Source of the DNA: Euglena gracilis
Taxonomy: Eukaryota
Direction: 5' to 3'
Length of the DNA stretch: 64,000 nt
NCBI GenBank assembly: GCA_039621445.1
Contig: CP154954.1
Span: 28,700,417 to 28,764,416 of the forward strand
Under the pieces are notes generated by a model. The model made no database searches and was not told the origin of the DNA. It worked only from the letters and a program-made list of their open reading frames with translations. The stretch's first letter is position 1, and each line of letters starts with the position of its first letter. Of this stretch, positions 1-10,220 are shown piece after piece. The translations under genes and the position numbers were made by a program.

Positions 1-387
1 GGCAGCAGAGTTCTGAAGTTTTTTTATGCCACAATCGTCGCCTAATTTACCATGACATCACGTTGTCCAAATGGTGGATAGTCGGCCCCCTTCAAACAGG
101 TTTGCAACACCCAGTCAATTCAGGCAGCACGGACACACCAGTACCCATCGACGCAACAGCCAGGGTGTACAACCCACCTGTTTCACACACGACAACACCA
201 ATCTGTCGCTCCCGACGCATCAGAAACGTTCGTTAGGATGATGGCTTGAAACCTTTGTGTTTCCTAACCTGTATTGTGAGGTGTGAACGTCATATATTGC
301 TGTTTCACCAGGCACAGTCGGCGCTACAAGAGTTTCACAAAAAATGTCGATTTGCGCAATTGCGCACATCGACAAAGAAAAAACCCT

Positions 388-411
388 TAAGTGCGAGATG
401 CGCCGCCTAAG
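388..411. mobile_element. Right TIR of a CTTAG-family element extending left out of the window
   Basis: TAAGTGCGAGATGCGCCGCCTAAG closely matches the TIR at 5726-5749 and is preceded by TTGCGCAATTGCGCA. Confidence 0.55.
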
Positions 412-806
412 TAACCCCATCCATTCGTTGTTATTTATTATTTTTCCATAACCCTAACCCCATTCCAAACCCCAACCCTGACCTTATTCCTCACATCTAA
501 CATGGTTCAGTTGGAATCGGGGCGAGTCCCACTTGTAACTGAGAAATGCCAAACCTTCACCCATTTTCTTGTGGATCTTTATTTGAATGTGCTGGAATTT
601 TTGATAAGCGCCCGCCCACCTCCATATTTTTTTGGTGCTAGACTTTTTTTTTCAACTCACAAGTCAAGTCCGTCTGTCCAGCCCCCCCCCCCCCCCCCCC
701 GCCGTAACCGATCCAGCATGGTTTCCATTTTCCTTGTCGTTGTTGTCCTTGTCGTTTTTTTGTTGCTGTCGCCGTTGCTCTTGGGGAAACGCCCTTGCCT
801 CTTCAG

Positions 807-3800
807 GTCCTCGGCGGGGTGTACCGCACCAGCCTCTCAGACGGCAGCCTGCCCACGGAGAAGACCCTCACCACCCTGTACCATGGCCGGGCCCCCGCTG
901 GGTCGGCATTCGATTCCGCCCGGAACAGTGGTCGCCGTGTCGGGTGCCGCGCAGCGTTGCCCCCCCATCTTTGGCGTTTATGGAGGCGGCGGCCTGTGGG
1001 CACATTTGCGGTTCACGAGTTCGCGCTGGAGCCGCTGGGGCCAGAAGCGGAGGAGGAGGAGGACGACGAGGTGGACGCTGCCCCGGAGGAGGACGACGGC
1101 CGAGGCGTACTGTACACGGAGTACGATGCCTCGAAGTACCAGGTGTTGTGTGTGTGTGCGTGTGTGTGTGCACACGTGTGCGTTTGCATCTGCTCACATG
1201 TGCCTGCCTGCATGTGCGTGCGTGCGTGGTGTGTGCATGCGCGCGCGTGTGTGTGGATTCAGATGCACATATATAGCGTTCATGTGTGCCTGTCGGTGTC
1301 TTTCTTAAGCCGGAGGGGACCTGGCAGGCTGGTAGAACCATCCCTTGATGCTGTTGGCGAACAGAATTGGGAAGCAGAGCCCCCCCCCCCTTAGTCAAGT
1401 TTCCGGGCTCAGTCAAGTTTCAAGCATTCCCTGGCTTGGATCTGTTGGTACCGGAACAACTCCCCGCCAGGTGTGAAAATGGTGCCAGAGGATGAAGAAG
1501 AACGTTGCAAAAAAGAATGAAAATAGCACAAGGAGCAACTTACTGAAGGTGGAAGCAGGATATTTGTACAAGGCAGCAGCTGTGTATGCAGCCGCACACT
1601 CAGCAAAACACACAACTCGAGACACACATGCACACACACACAAACACACGCAGACATGCAAACACACACACAAATGCACAAAAGAACACAATTTATCATC
1701 CACACCACACTGGCACATGCACACACACACACACACACTAACACACCCACGCACATAACCACCCACCTACCCACCCACACATCTGGGCGCACCCACGCAC
1801 CTACGCACCTACAAGATGTGTATGTACGCATGCACAAGAATGTAAGCTGGTACAGACCAATATTACACCTTCCCATGATGCTTGCTCTTCCCTTTGAGGG
1901 CCCAGAGTGTTTTTCTACAGGCAGCGATGATGTGAGCAGGCTCTGTGGCTGCGGGCCAGCAAGTTTCATCTCGTGTTTCAATTCTTCATTGCGTCTCGCC
2001 ACCCTGCGAAGTAGACCGAACAGAGCTTGCCGAAGTCAATACAGAATATTATCCACCAACCTCCCCCCCCCCCAAACAATAGCCCCATAGGGCTATTGTT
2101 CGGACACTCAGTTGAGATCTCAGGGGGGACCATTATTTTTTGGGGGGGGGCTATTTTTGAATTTTTGCTTCGGAAAGCGGGCCCCTGCAGAAATGTCCTC
2201 AAAATGCCCGTTTCACCCCAAAATAACTTTTTTTAGGACCCTCCTGTGAAGATGAGTGTGTGCAAAAAGAATTGTTTCAGAGAAATTGGCGTTTTTTTGA
2301 GTCCTTTGGGTGGCAAATCAGTCACGACGTTCGAGCTCAGGTCATCTGGGGTGGCATCATTCTGGTTTTATTTTTCTGTAAAATCCCTGGGGGGGCTATT
2401 ATTGGGGGGGGGGGCTTTATTCGGGGGGGTCATCCCATCCAAACATGGCTGGGTCCGGTAATCTACCAAAAATCTCTGAACCCCCTCAAATACATTATCT
2501 TTAACATTGCTCCCCCGCCCTCCGCCAGGAGTTCCACGTCATCAAGATCAACAAGTGGGGGGTGCGGCAGCACCGCATCCTGGGCATGGACCGCAGCACC
2601 ATCTACAACATGATGCCCAAGCGAGAGAAGACGTTGGTCGGCAGCGTCCGCCGCACACAGCATCCCGCCCAACCCCCCGCCCCTGCCCCCGCCCAAGCCT
2701 CAGGACTGGTTTGGCTGGTTTCAGGCTTTCGCTGCTCAAATCGCGCAGTGGCTCACTAAGGACGGTGAGAGTGCCCCCCCCCCTTGACTTCTGTCAGCAG
2801 AGCACGAGTCTGAGTTGGGCCGTTGAGGGACCCGGGGAACCCCTCAAGCGGTCTGATTTGTGAGCCCCACGCCGCCTGGTCAGGGGTTTTCTTAAGCTGG
2901 AGGGGACCCCAGAAGGTGGGTCCAGCCAGCCAGCGCTTCTTTCCCTCCCAGTCGGCTGCGGACCCCTTCTCCTGGTGGTCTGCTGAACTAATGTTGGATC
3001 CAGCCCGGCAAAGCTCTTAGGCGGCCTAACTCGCACTTAAGGTTTTCATTTTTAGCTTGCGCTTTGGCGCAAATTTTCGATTTCTTTGAGACCCGGCGGT
3101 AGAACCCACCCTTTTGACCCTCTGGTTCCGCGGAGACCCTCCACAGTGGCGTGTGCATCATTTTCCGATGTTGGGACCTGGGGAACAGGCCCAATTTTGG
3201 TGTTTTTCAGCCTGTTCACCATTTTGAAAAAGGCCCAAAACCCTGGGTTTGACCGCCGGGACACGTGAATTTTTCCAAAAATGGGCCGAAACCCCCGTTG
3301 TGAGTCCCTCGTTTTTGAAGCCTCGGCTGTGTTCCCCGGATGGTGCCACACAGTCCAGGTGACAATTGGCCCTTTTTGTTGTTTTTTTTGGCTCTGTGAT
3401 ATGTCCGTGAAGGGTTTGGTTGCTGAGGCATCCAGAGGGTGGACTCTACACACACGTTGTGAAAAGTTGGAAAAAACGGCATCTCACAGAGTTGTGATCC
3501 CTGGGTGCTTGAAGCGCGAGGAGCGGTACAGCGGGAACCACCCTGGTGGGGGGGTTTGGGGGGACTGAGGGCAAGCCTAGGGACCTCTCCCAACGTCTGG
3601 TGAGCAACGCCAGGCCCCACACTGCCGGGCACAGAAGGCAATGGTTATGGACATTTGCGCTTAAGCGCAAATTTTTAGCTTGCGCTTAAGCGCAAATTAA
3701 AAATTTGCGCTTAAGCGCAAGCTAAAACAGAAGCCGCTGAGTTTGTGGGAGTCCCTCTGATGTGTTACGGTGTGTCGGGGGCCCCTCTCTGCATGGCCAG

Positions 3801-6800
3801 AGTGCGGGCTTGGTGAAGTAATACCTTGCGCCGAAGCGCAAGGGACATGCCTACATAATGCACTGCTTGTTCATCCACATTACACGTCAGCCGCGTGTTT
3901 GCACTTCTCAGTTTTTTTGTATGATGGTTTGCGCTTCGGCGCAGGGTATTACTTCACCAAGCCCGCACTCTGGCCATGCAGAGAGGGGCCCCCGACACAC
4001 CGTAACACATCAGAGGGACTCCCATAAGCTCAGCGGCTTCTGTTTTAGCTTGCGCTTAAGCGCAAATTTTTAATTTGCGCTTAAGCGCAAGCTAAAAATT
4101 TGCGCTTAAGCGCAAATGTCCTTTTAAATGGCAGATGTATTTGAATGCATTCGTGCTGTGTGAGAAGGTGGGGGATAGGGGAGAATGGTGAGGAGGGTTT
4201 GTGCGCTGCTGTGCCAGAAGCTGGGTTGGTGCTTTTGAACTATTCAGGTGCTGGGGAGGAAGTGGTTGTTACAATAAGACCAATCGTGGGCGGTAGGCTG
4301 TGGTGCCTCAGTGACCTTGCACTCAGTGCACAAAGTGGGGTTTTTGGGGACGTTGACAGAAAGGCTTTTTCTGCTGAACAATGCCCTCCATCTGCCTCGT
4401 TGCGTGTGGCTGTCTGGTGGGTTGCAAAATACCGAAAAAAGGTGTGTCAGCATGTCTTCCCTTCTCCGCCGCTGTTGATGGGCCCTTTCAATTTCTCAAT
4501 TCCATTCGCTCATCCCCAAAGTTCTGTGCTTCAAATCCTGGGCGAGGAAAGGGGTGTGACGAGCTTCTTTAAAACAGCTTTTCGACGCCTAAAACTGTTT
4601 CCTCGGCTGTGGTTCCCAGGGTTTATCTGGTACCTGTTCTTTTCCACACAGGTATTTTCCGACTTTTAAAAGTCGGCCAAAGAGAAGGGCCCCTCAGGCA
4701 CGCTTAAGTGCGAGGCAAGTGGGAGGAACCTCCGGCACTGGCAGTTGGGTTTACAATGCATAGGACAAGACACGTCTGGATATCAAGAAGTTGGTGGTTG
4801 CTTTCACAGACCAGGGGGTTGGCTTCCTGTCCCAGGCAAGGCTTCCCTCCACCCGAGCTCTGTCCGCTCTGGTGATGAGATGCTTCCAGGGCTGCTCTCT
4901 CTCCACCCGCAGTGATAAAAATGGAAAATACAACTTGATGGCTGTTGCGCCAAAGCGCAATGGGTAGGCTCATGAAGAATGGAAATTTAAGAGTTATACT
5001 GCGCCAAAGCGCAAGTAGAAATACACTTTTAAAATTGTCAAAGCAACGTGGCTCTTGCGCCGACGCGCAATGTTGACCAGTTTTAAGTCAACGTGACTGA
5101 GAGTAGGCTTCCGTCCCCCTGTTCTACATTTTTGTGCTCCATCCCCTCTGGTGTTGTTACTCTACCAGGGCCGTTCTCTCCCTGCGTTGTGAGATAAGTT
5201 TTAAACAGTTATATTTGCGCTTCGGCGCAAGCCATGTTGCTTTTGCAATTTTAAAAATTGTATTTCTATTTGCGCTTTGGCGCAAGGTAACTCGTAAATT
5301 TCCATCCTTCATGAGCCTACCCCTTGCGCTTTGGCGCAAATGGAAACACATGTTGACTCAAAAGTTGTTATCATTGTTCAAGTGCGGCAATGGTCACCCA
5401 CGTGTTGAATTACAAAAAAGTCAAAAATTTGCGCCAAAGCGCAAATGGTTTTATTTTTTGTAATTTCAAAAATTTGCGCCAAAGCGCAAATCAGTAGTGG
5501 AGTACCCTCGTTTCATCACCCGCTGCTGTGTGTTCATGCACACTGGGCCCCGGGAGCGCTGTGCCCGTGGACCGTGGAGTTCCTAGTCGTTGCTTTCGTC
5601 CCCAGGCCCTGGGGTGCAGGGAGACACTATTTTCAGACTGTCCTGAATCTCAGGCCACGGTGGTCGAAAACCAAACTTTTTTTGGGATTTGCGCGTCGGC
5701 GCAAATTTACAGTCACTTTCAAAGCTAAGTGCGAGTTAGGCCGCCTAAGAAGCTGGGCTGGACCGAAAAGTGCAAACGCCCAGGAAACTTTTGGAAAAAA
5801 AGGGTCAAAAATGGCCTAAAAATGGCATTTTTGGGTCGGTTTTGGGTCTTTACCACAAAATTTTGGCTGAAAAATGACAACGTTGATTTTAGACCTTTTT
5901 GCCTGTTTTTGGGGTACCCGCCGGGTCCAGCTGCCAGCTGGCTGGCTGGCTGCCGGGGGGGGGGTCCAGCCAGCCCGCAGGACCCCCCCGGTCATTAAGA
6001 AAACCCCTGCACCCAGTGTGCCTCTTTGCCGGCTGCCCCCCCTCCTGCTGCAAGCAGTGGGGGCTAATGGTTGTCTTTGATCGCGGCATCGAGGACATCG
6101 AGGCCATCCGGCAGCCTGGCCATTCTGTTGTCCCTGAGGCAGTGAGGCTGGGCAGTGTATCAATGACTTGCAGGAATGGATGGTGGAGTTTGGACATTAT
6201 ACACCTCACAGATATCATTTGTTTGGACATTATGGCATTCCATTTTTTTGATCTTTCTCATTTGACCTCCATGATCTCCATTGCACTAAAAAACCAAGGT
6301 TCTCAAGGCTTTCTCCCCCCCCAAAAAAGTCGCACTTTGTCAAATTGACGTTGTGCTAGTGCTTTTTGACCAGTTTGAAAAGTTCCTCCAACAAAAATGG
6401 ATGATCAGGGATTGTTGATGCACCAACACCGTCATCATCGAAAAGTGCTCCCACAAAATATGTCGTTTGGCCGTTTTTCAGCTCCAACAAATTTGCAACC
6501 AACCTTTAATTCTCCTTTGTTTGGAAATCACCCCTACCGTGAGTTCTTGAAAAGTTCTGGGTGCGGCTTGAATTCTAAAAGACATGCAATTACTTTGCCA
6601 AACTTGACCATTCGGGGTGAGGTGGGTTCTTTGCCTCACTCAACCCCTCCTTCGGTTGTTTAGTTTTCCAACGACTTTCAGCTAGGTTTTCGACCATTTG
6701 TTCAATATTTGGCGAAAATGTCGAATGGTTTTTGTGTGGTCGTTCAATTTTTTTTTGTATTGGACCACCATTCTTTTTGATCCCGGCTGGACTGGGATGC

Positions 6801-8058
6801 CACCGACCCGACACGGCCCCTGTACCTGGAGGTGGACTACAAGAACAAGCAGACCCCCACCGACCGCATTGAGTGCCTGACGAAGCGGGACGCCCAGGAG
6901 CTCCTCTCTAAGCTGCGCTTCCTGAGCATCGTTCCTCCTGGGCTTCCTTGGCCACCTCGACCTAAACCCCCTCCCAAATAACCTGGCGGTGCCAGGTTAT
7001 TGGAACCGCCTTTTGGCCCTGCCCCCCTGCCAGGGTATTTGGGCCCTTTTTTTTCAGCGTCGTAAAGGGATATTGCCTTAAAGAGGGGGGTGGAACCATC
7101 TTTTTCGCCCCGCCCCCTGCCGAGTTATTCGGCCACTGCCAGGAGCAAGGCCCCCGCCAGGTTATTTGGGGGGGGGTTAGTAAATTTCATGGTTGCGGGG
7201 CATTAGACTGGGCCGCCAAAGGCCCTCACCCCCCTCCACGCCGCGGCACGCACGCACAGGCCCTCCCATTGGCCCATGCACCTATCATCCATGCACGTGT
7301 GTGGAGACACGCACGCACACAACACACAGACAGATGGACAGACACACCCGCACACAAGTACACATACGTGCACAACAGACGCGCGCGCACACACACCATG
7401 TATTCACACATCTGCAAAAACATGCACATACATGCAAACATGCCCCCCAAATTGACAGAGTCTGGAATGCCCAACTCTCCTGAATCCCTCCCACCGGCTG
7501 CACTGGCTGGTGGCATGTGGAACGGTGGGGCTAATGGAGCTGCACCGACCCGAGCACCAGCGGCGGGCTGGGGCCCCGTCGGACCGACGGCCGGTGGGGA
7601 CGGGCATGGCGCGGTTCCGGACCGGGGTCGGAGCCATTCCATTGCTTAGGTGTATCCCCGGGGGAGATTTGGCTGATTTTTTTTTTTTGGGTTTTGTCGG
7701 AGTGACTGACTGGTTTTTGGCTCCAGACCCCCGGGGGGGTGACGTTGGCTGGCAATGGCCGAAAGTGGCCACATAGCGCCGAAAGCACCATTTTTTTTGA
7801 TTTTGGCAGAAATCCTTTTGACTTTGGGCATTTTGGCCAAGTGGCCAATGTGACTGCCCCCCCCCCCAGGGGTTTTGTTTTTGAAAAGTGATCGACTAGT
7901 TGAAAAGTGATTGAAAGTGGAAAGTCCCCCCCCCCGAGGGGTCAGAAAGCAATGGTGTGGACGGGGCCATCATGCACACCCTTTCCGACGTGCCGGACGA
8001 CCTCGTCAAGAAGCTGAAGGGCGAGCTCATCCCGCCCCGGCTGCCACGTCAGAGCTGA
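807..8058 (+). CDS. SIN1/Avo1-like (TORC2 subunit-type) protein, 3' part, multi-exon; putative end of CRIM domain plus SIN1-type PH domain
   Basis: Exons about 807-884 (VLGG..TLYH), 1002-1142 ([13 protein letters not shown]), 2529-2654 ([31 protein letters not shown]..), unresolved small exon(s) at 2740-2855 (..TKD.., EPLKRS), 6079-6109 ([10 protein letters not shown]), 6800-6923 ([31 protein letters not shown]), 7533-7571, 7971-8058 (stop TGA). The pattern VIKxNKWGxRQxRILGxD..IYN..P resembles, from memory, protist SIN1 PH domains. The 5' end is not identified. Confidence 0.6.
885..1001 (+). other. Nonconventional (non-GT-AG) intron
   Basis: CAT|GGCCGGGCC...GGCCTGTGGGC|ACA. +4..6 CGG pairs with -8..-6 CTG; removal gives LYHTFAVHEF in frame. 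Confidence 0.75.
3649..4121. mobile_element. Foldback element, 193-bp near-perfect inverted arms
   Basis: 3649-3841 is the reverse complement of 3929-4121 with few mismatches; each arm has three TTGCGCTTAAGCGCAA palindromes. No TSD seen. Confidence 0.85.
4945..5339. repeat. Older foldback, ~125-bp inverted arms
   Basis: 4945-5070 vs 5215-5339 are inverted (GGTAGGCTCATGAAG / CTTCATGAGCCTACC), each arm with three TGCGC-N4-GCGCA motifs. Confidence 0.75.
6924..7532 (+). other. Nonconventional intron
   Basis: CT|GAGCATCGTTCC...GGAACGGTGGGGCT|A. CATCGTTCC pairs with GGAACGGTG in the +4/-6 register; gives KLRFLMELH. Confidence 0.75.
6962..7180. mobile_element. MITE-like inverted-repeat element
   Basis: CCCAAATAACCTGGCGG / CCGCCAGGTTATTTGGG inverted ends, with internal GCCAGGTTATT repeats. 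Confidence 0.6.
7635..7959. mobile_element. hAT-type MITE (CATACCATTGCT family)
   Basis: TIR CATTCCATTGCT / AGCAATGGTGTG; 8-bp flanks GTCGGAGC / GACGGGGC; internal GTGACTGACTGGTTTT shared with 15981, 30400 and 46341. Confidence 0.65.
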
Positions 8059-9959
8059 ATGGGAATCCTGGAAATCCTATGGGTGGGTGGGGGAGTCTAC
8101 CCACGGATCAGGTCTACCCACGGGGCTTCGCCGACCCCCCACCTCCTGTTGGTCGACCACACAGCATTCCCACACAATCAACCAATCATTGCCACACAAC
8201 ACACTGTCACTACATGGCGTGGTCGTTCGTGTCAGGTCACACAAAACAGCATGGGCTGCTCAACACCGCTCTTCTGCACGCTGTCCCACTGGCAAGGTGT
8301 CGGACCCAGACTTCTGCCGATTACTGATCGTTGGGGTGTTGCCTGACCCCCAACCTGCGGGCTGCGTAGCTGGCCAACTCCCAGGTGGGAAGCAAAGCCC
8401 TCCCCACCTCCTTTCCTTGTACTCTAGTTCTCTGCTCCACCGTCGTTTGGCATCGCTGGCCTGCCCTTTCCCAATCTTCCCTGCAATCCCGGGCAGCGGT
8501 TTGTCAGGTTGCAAAACGGCTTTGACTCTGAAGCAGCATCTTCCTGCAGTTTTATGTCGCACACCACAAAATGCCGTCAAAATTCAAATCACCACGTGCA
8601 CCTCTTTTTGCTCCACCTTTGAGTCAGGGATTGGGAAAAAGTGATGATTTTTGGTCATTCGTTGGTTGTTTCGAGAAGGAATAATGACATTCTTTTCAGT
8701 TTTTCTCTTAAATTCAGCGAGAGGTGCCACTCGTGCTTCAGAACTTCCCGAAGACAAAGGATGCTCGATTTTCAACAAGCCATTTTTTTTAGTTCCCATC
8801 TGCACTCAAAGCAAATTCTGATTTGCAAGTTTAGAAGGAATCAAGGTTACTGAGAGGCCCTTCTTGTTTGTCCTTTTTTTTTTTACTTTGGCCGTGCCCT
8901 ACACAACAAAGTACAAGGAGGCACGCCACAGGGGTCCACAGGCTCAGCGACTGCTGCCCAACTTTACCCGCCCAAACTCCATTGCATTCTACTCTGTTCA
9001 CACACTATGTACCCCACTTTTCCCACGCATCTTCAGTTTGGATTCAGTTTTTTTTTGGTTTCTTTAGCCTATGAAGTTCTTCCGGATAAGTGTGAGATTT
9101 CTCTTGGTTTTTGATTGGCAGAGTTTCTTTTGCAATTGAAGCAAAGCCAATTGAATCAGGTTATTTAGTTCATTTTCCCCCCATGTGTTCATCCATTGAT
9201 AGCACATAGATAGGGAGATGTCCCAAAGCTCCTTTCCCAGTTTCCCAGTTTTTTTTTTGTTTTCGGCGATCGACAGAGACGATGTTTTGAAACTTGAGTA
9301 TCACGATAAACGTGTGAAAAGAAACACGAAAAGGAGCTGATTGACAGTTCCCTGAACAGCAGCCTCGGAGCCAAATCCTTGTGAAAAAAGAAATGCCCAC
9401 CATTTTTTTTATCAATCCGGCAAAACCCCCATGAAAATGATTTCTGAAATACCTCTTTTTGGCTTCCTCTGCAAGGACTCGGACCAGGTGATATGGACCA
9501 GGGAGAAAATCCGTGGTGCACCGGTTTGGGAGTTTGAGATGTCCAGCAGGTGGGGAGAGTTACAGGTGTTTTTGGAGTGTTAGCGTGACCGAGTGTCGGG
9601 GGACCCAGTCCCATTTGATATCCGCATTTGATATGTGTGCATGTGTTTACATTCATGCATATATCCAGAGCTTTGTGCTTATAATACAATGATTTGGGTT
9701 TAGCATTAGGGTTGTGCTATATACCTGCGCCTCGTAAACAAGACGCAATACAACTCTGAAATTTCCATTCTACATCAGGGTTCTCAGTTGCGCGGATGCA
9801 CAATGAAGGCATATTTTAGCATATACGTTATGTAACCCTTGTGCAATGGCCCCCGCATTTAGAATCAATAAATTTAAATAAATCATTGCGCCAAAGCACA
9901 ATGTGTTTCATTTTTATGATGAAAAATTTAGTTGTGTCATAGCGCAACTGCGCAATGCG

Positions 9960-10165
9960 CTCCCCTCGTTTCATTACCCGGCGCTTTGGGTTCATGCACA
10001 CTGGGCCCCGGGAGTCCTGTGCCCGTAGACCGCAGAGTCCCACGTCGTTGCTTTCATCCCCAGGCCCCCAGACGCCAAGTCGGGAACAGAATTCTTTGCA
10101 AGATTCCACGTTGGCGCAATTTTTTCAGTCACTTTCAAAGCTAAGTGTGAGTTAGGCTGCCGAAG
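9960..10165. mobile_element. Right-end fragment of the CTTAG family just upstream of MDP1
   Basis: Homologous to 5505-5749 (CATGCACACTGGGCCCCGGGAG...CAGTCACTTTCAAAGCTAAGTGTGAGTTAGGC). Confidence 0.7.
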
Positions 10166-10183
10166 AACCGTCACCGGTGGCCC

Positions 10184-10203
10184 ATTCTTTCTCTCCGGCC
10201 CAG
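10184..10203 (+). promoter_or_regulatory. Putative spliced-leader trans-splice acceptor (pyrimidine tract plus AG) of MDP1
   Basis: TTCTTTCTCTCCGGCCCAG ends 17 nt before the ATG. SL trans-splicing is established in euglenozoans. Confidence 0.4.
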
Positions 10204-10220
10204 CGCCCTGCCCAACCCCC

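Larger units (their letters stand above)
3016..5749. mobile_element. CTTAG-TIR DNA transposon (non-autonomous), 5-bp TSD AAGCT
   Basis: Perfect 24-bp TIR CTTAGGCGGCCTAACTCGCACTTA; AAGCT at 3011-3015 and 5750-5754; many internal TTGCGC-N4-GCGCAA palindromes. Confidence 0.85.
2881..6009. mobile_element. hAT-type non-autonomous element (outer member of a nested stack)
   Basis: 15-bp TIR CAGGGGTTTTCTTAA / TTAAGAAAACCCCTG; degenerate 8-bp flanks CGCCTGGT / CACCCAGT; same ends as 30194-31051. Confidence 0.65.

Noticed and set aside
449-486. Telomere repeat (CCCTAA)
   Set aside because: Only two or three degenerate units in an internal position; not a telomere.
502-1308. 268-aa ORF with a hydrophobic stretch (MVSIFLVVVVLVVFLLL)
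   Set aside because: It overlaps true exons in another frame; the hydrophobic run derives from a T-rich intronic tract and the tail from (TG)n.
8864-9074. Possible extra terminal exon of the SIN1-like gene
   Set aside because: The preceding exon already reaches an in-frame TGA at 8056-8058, and the reading frame here is ambiguous.
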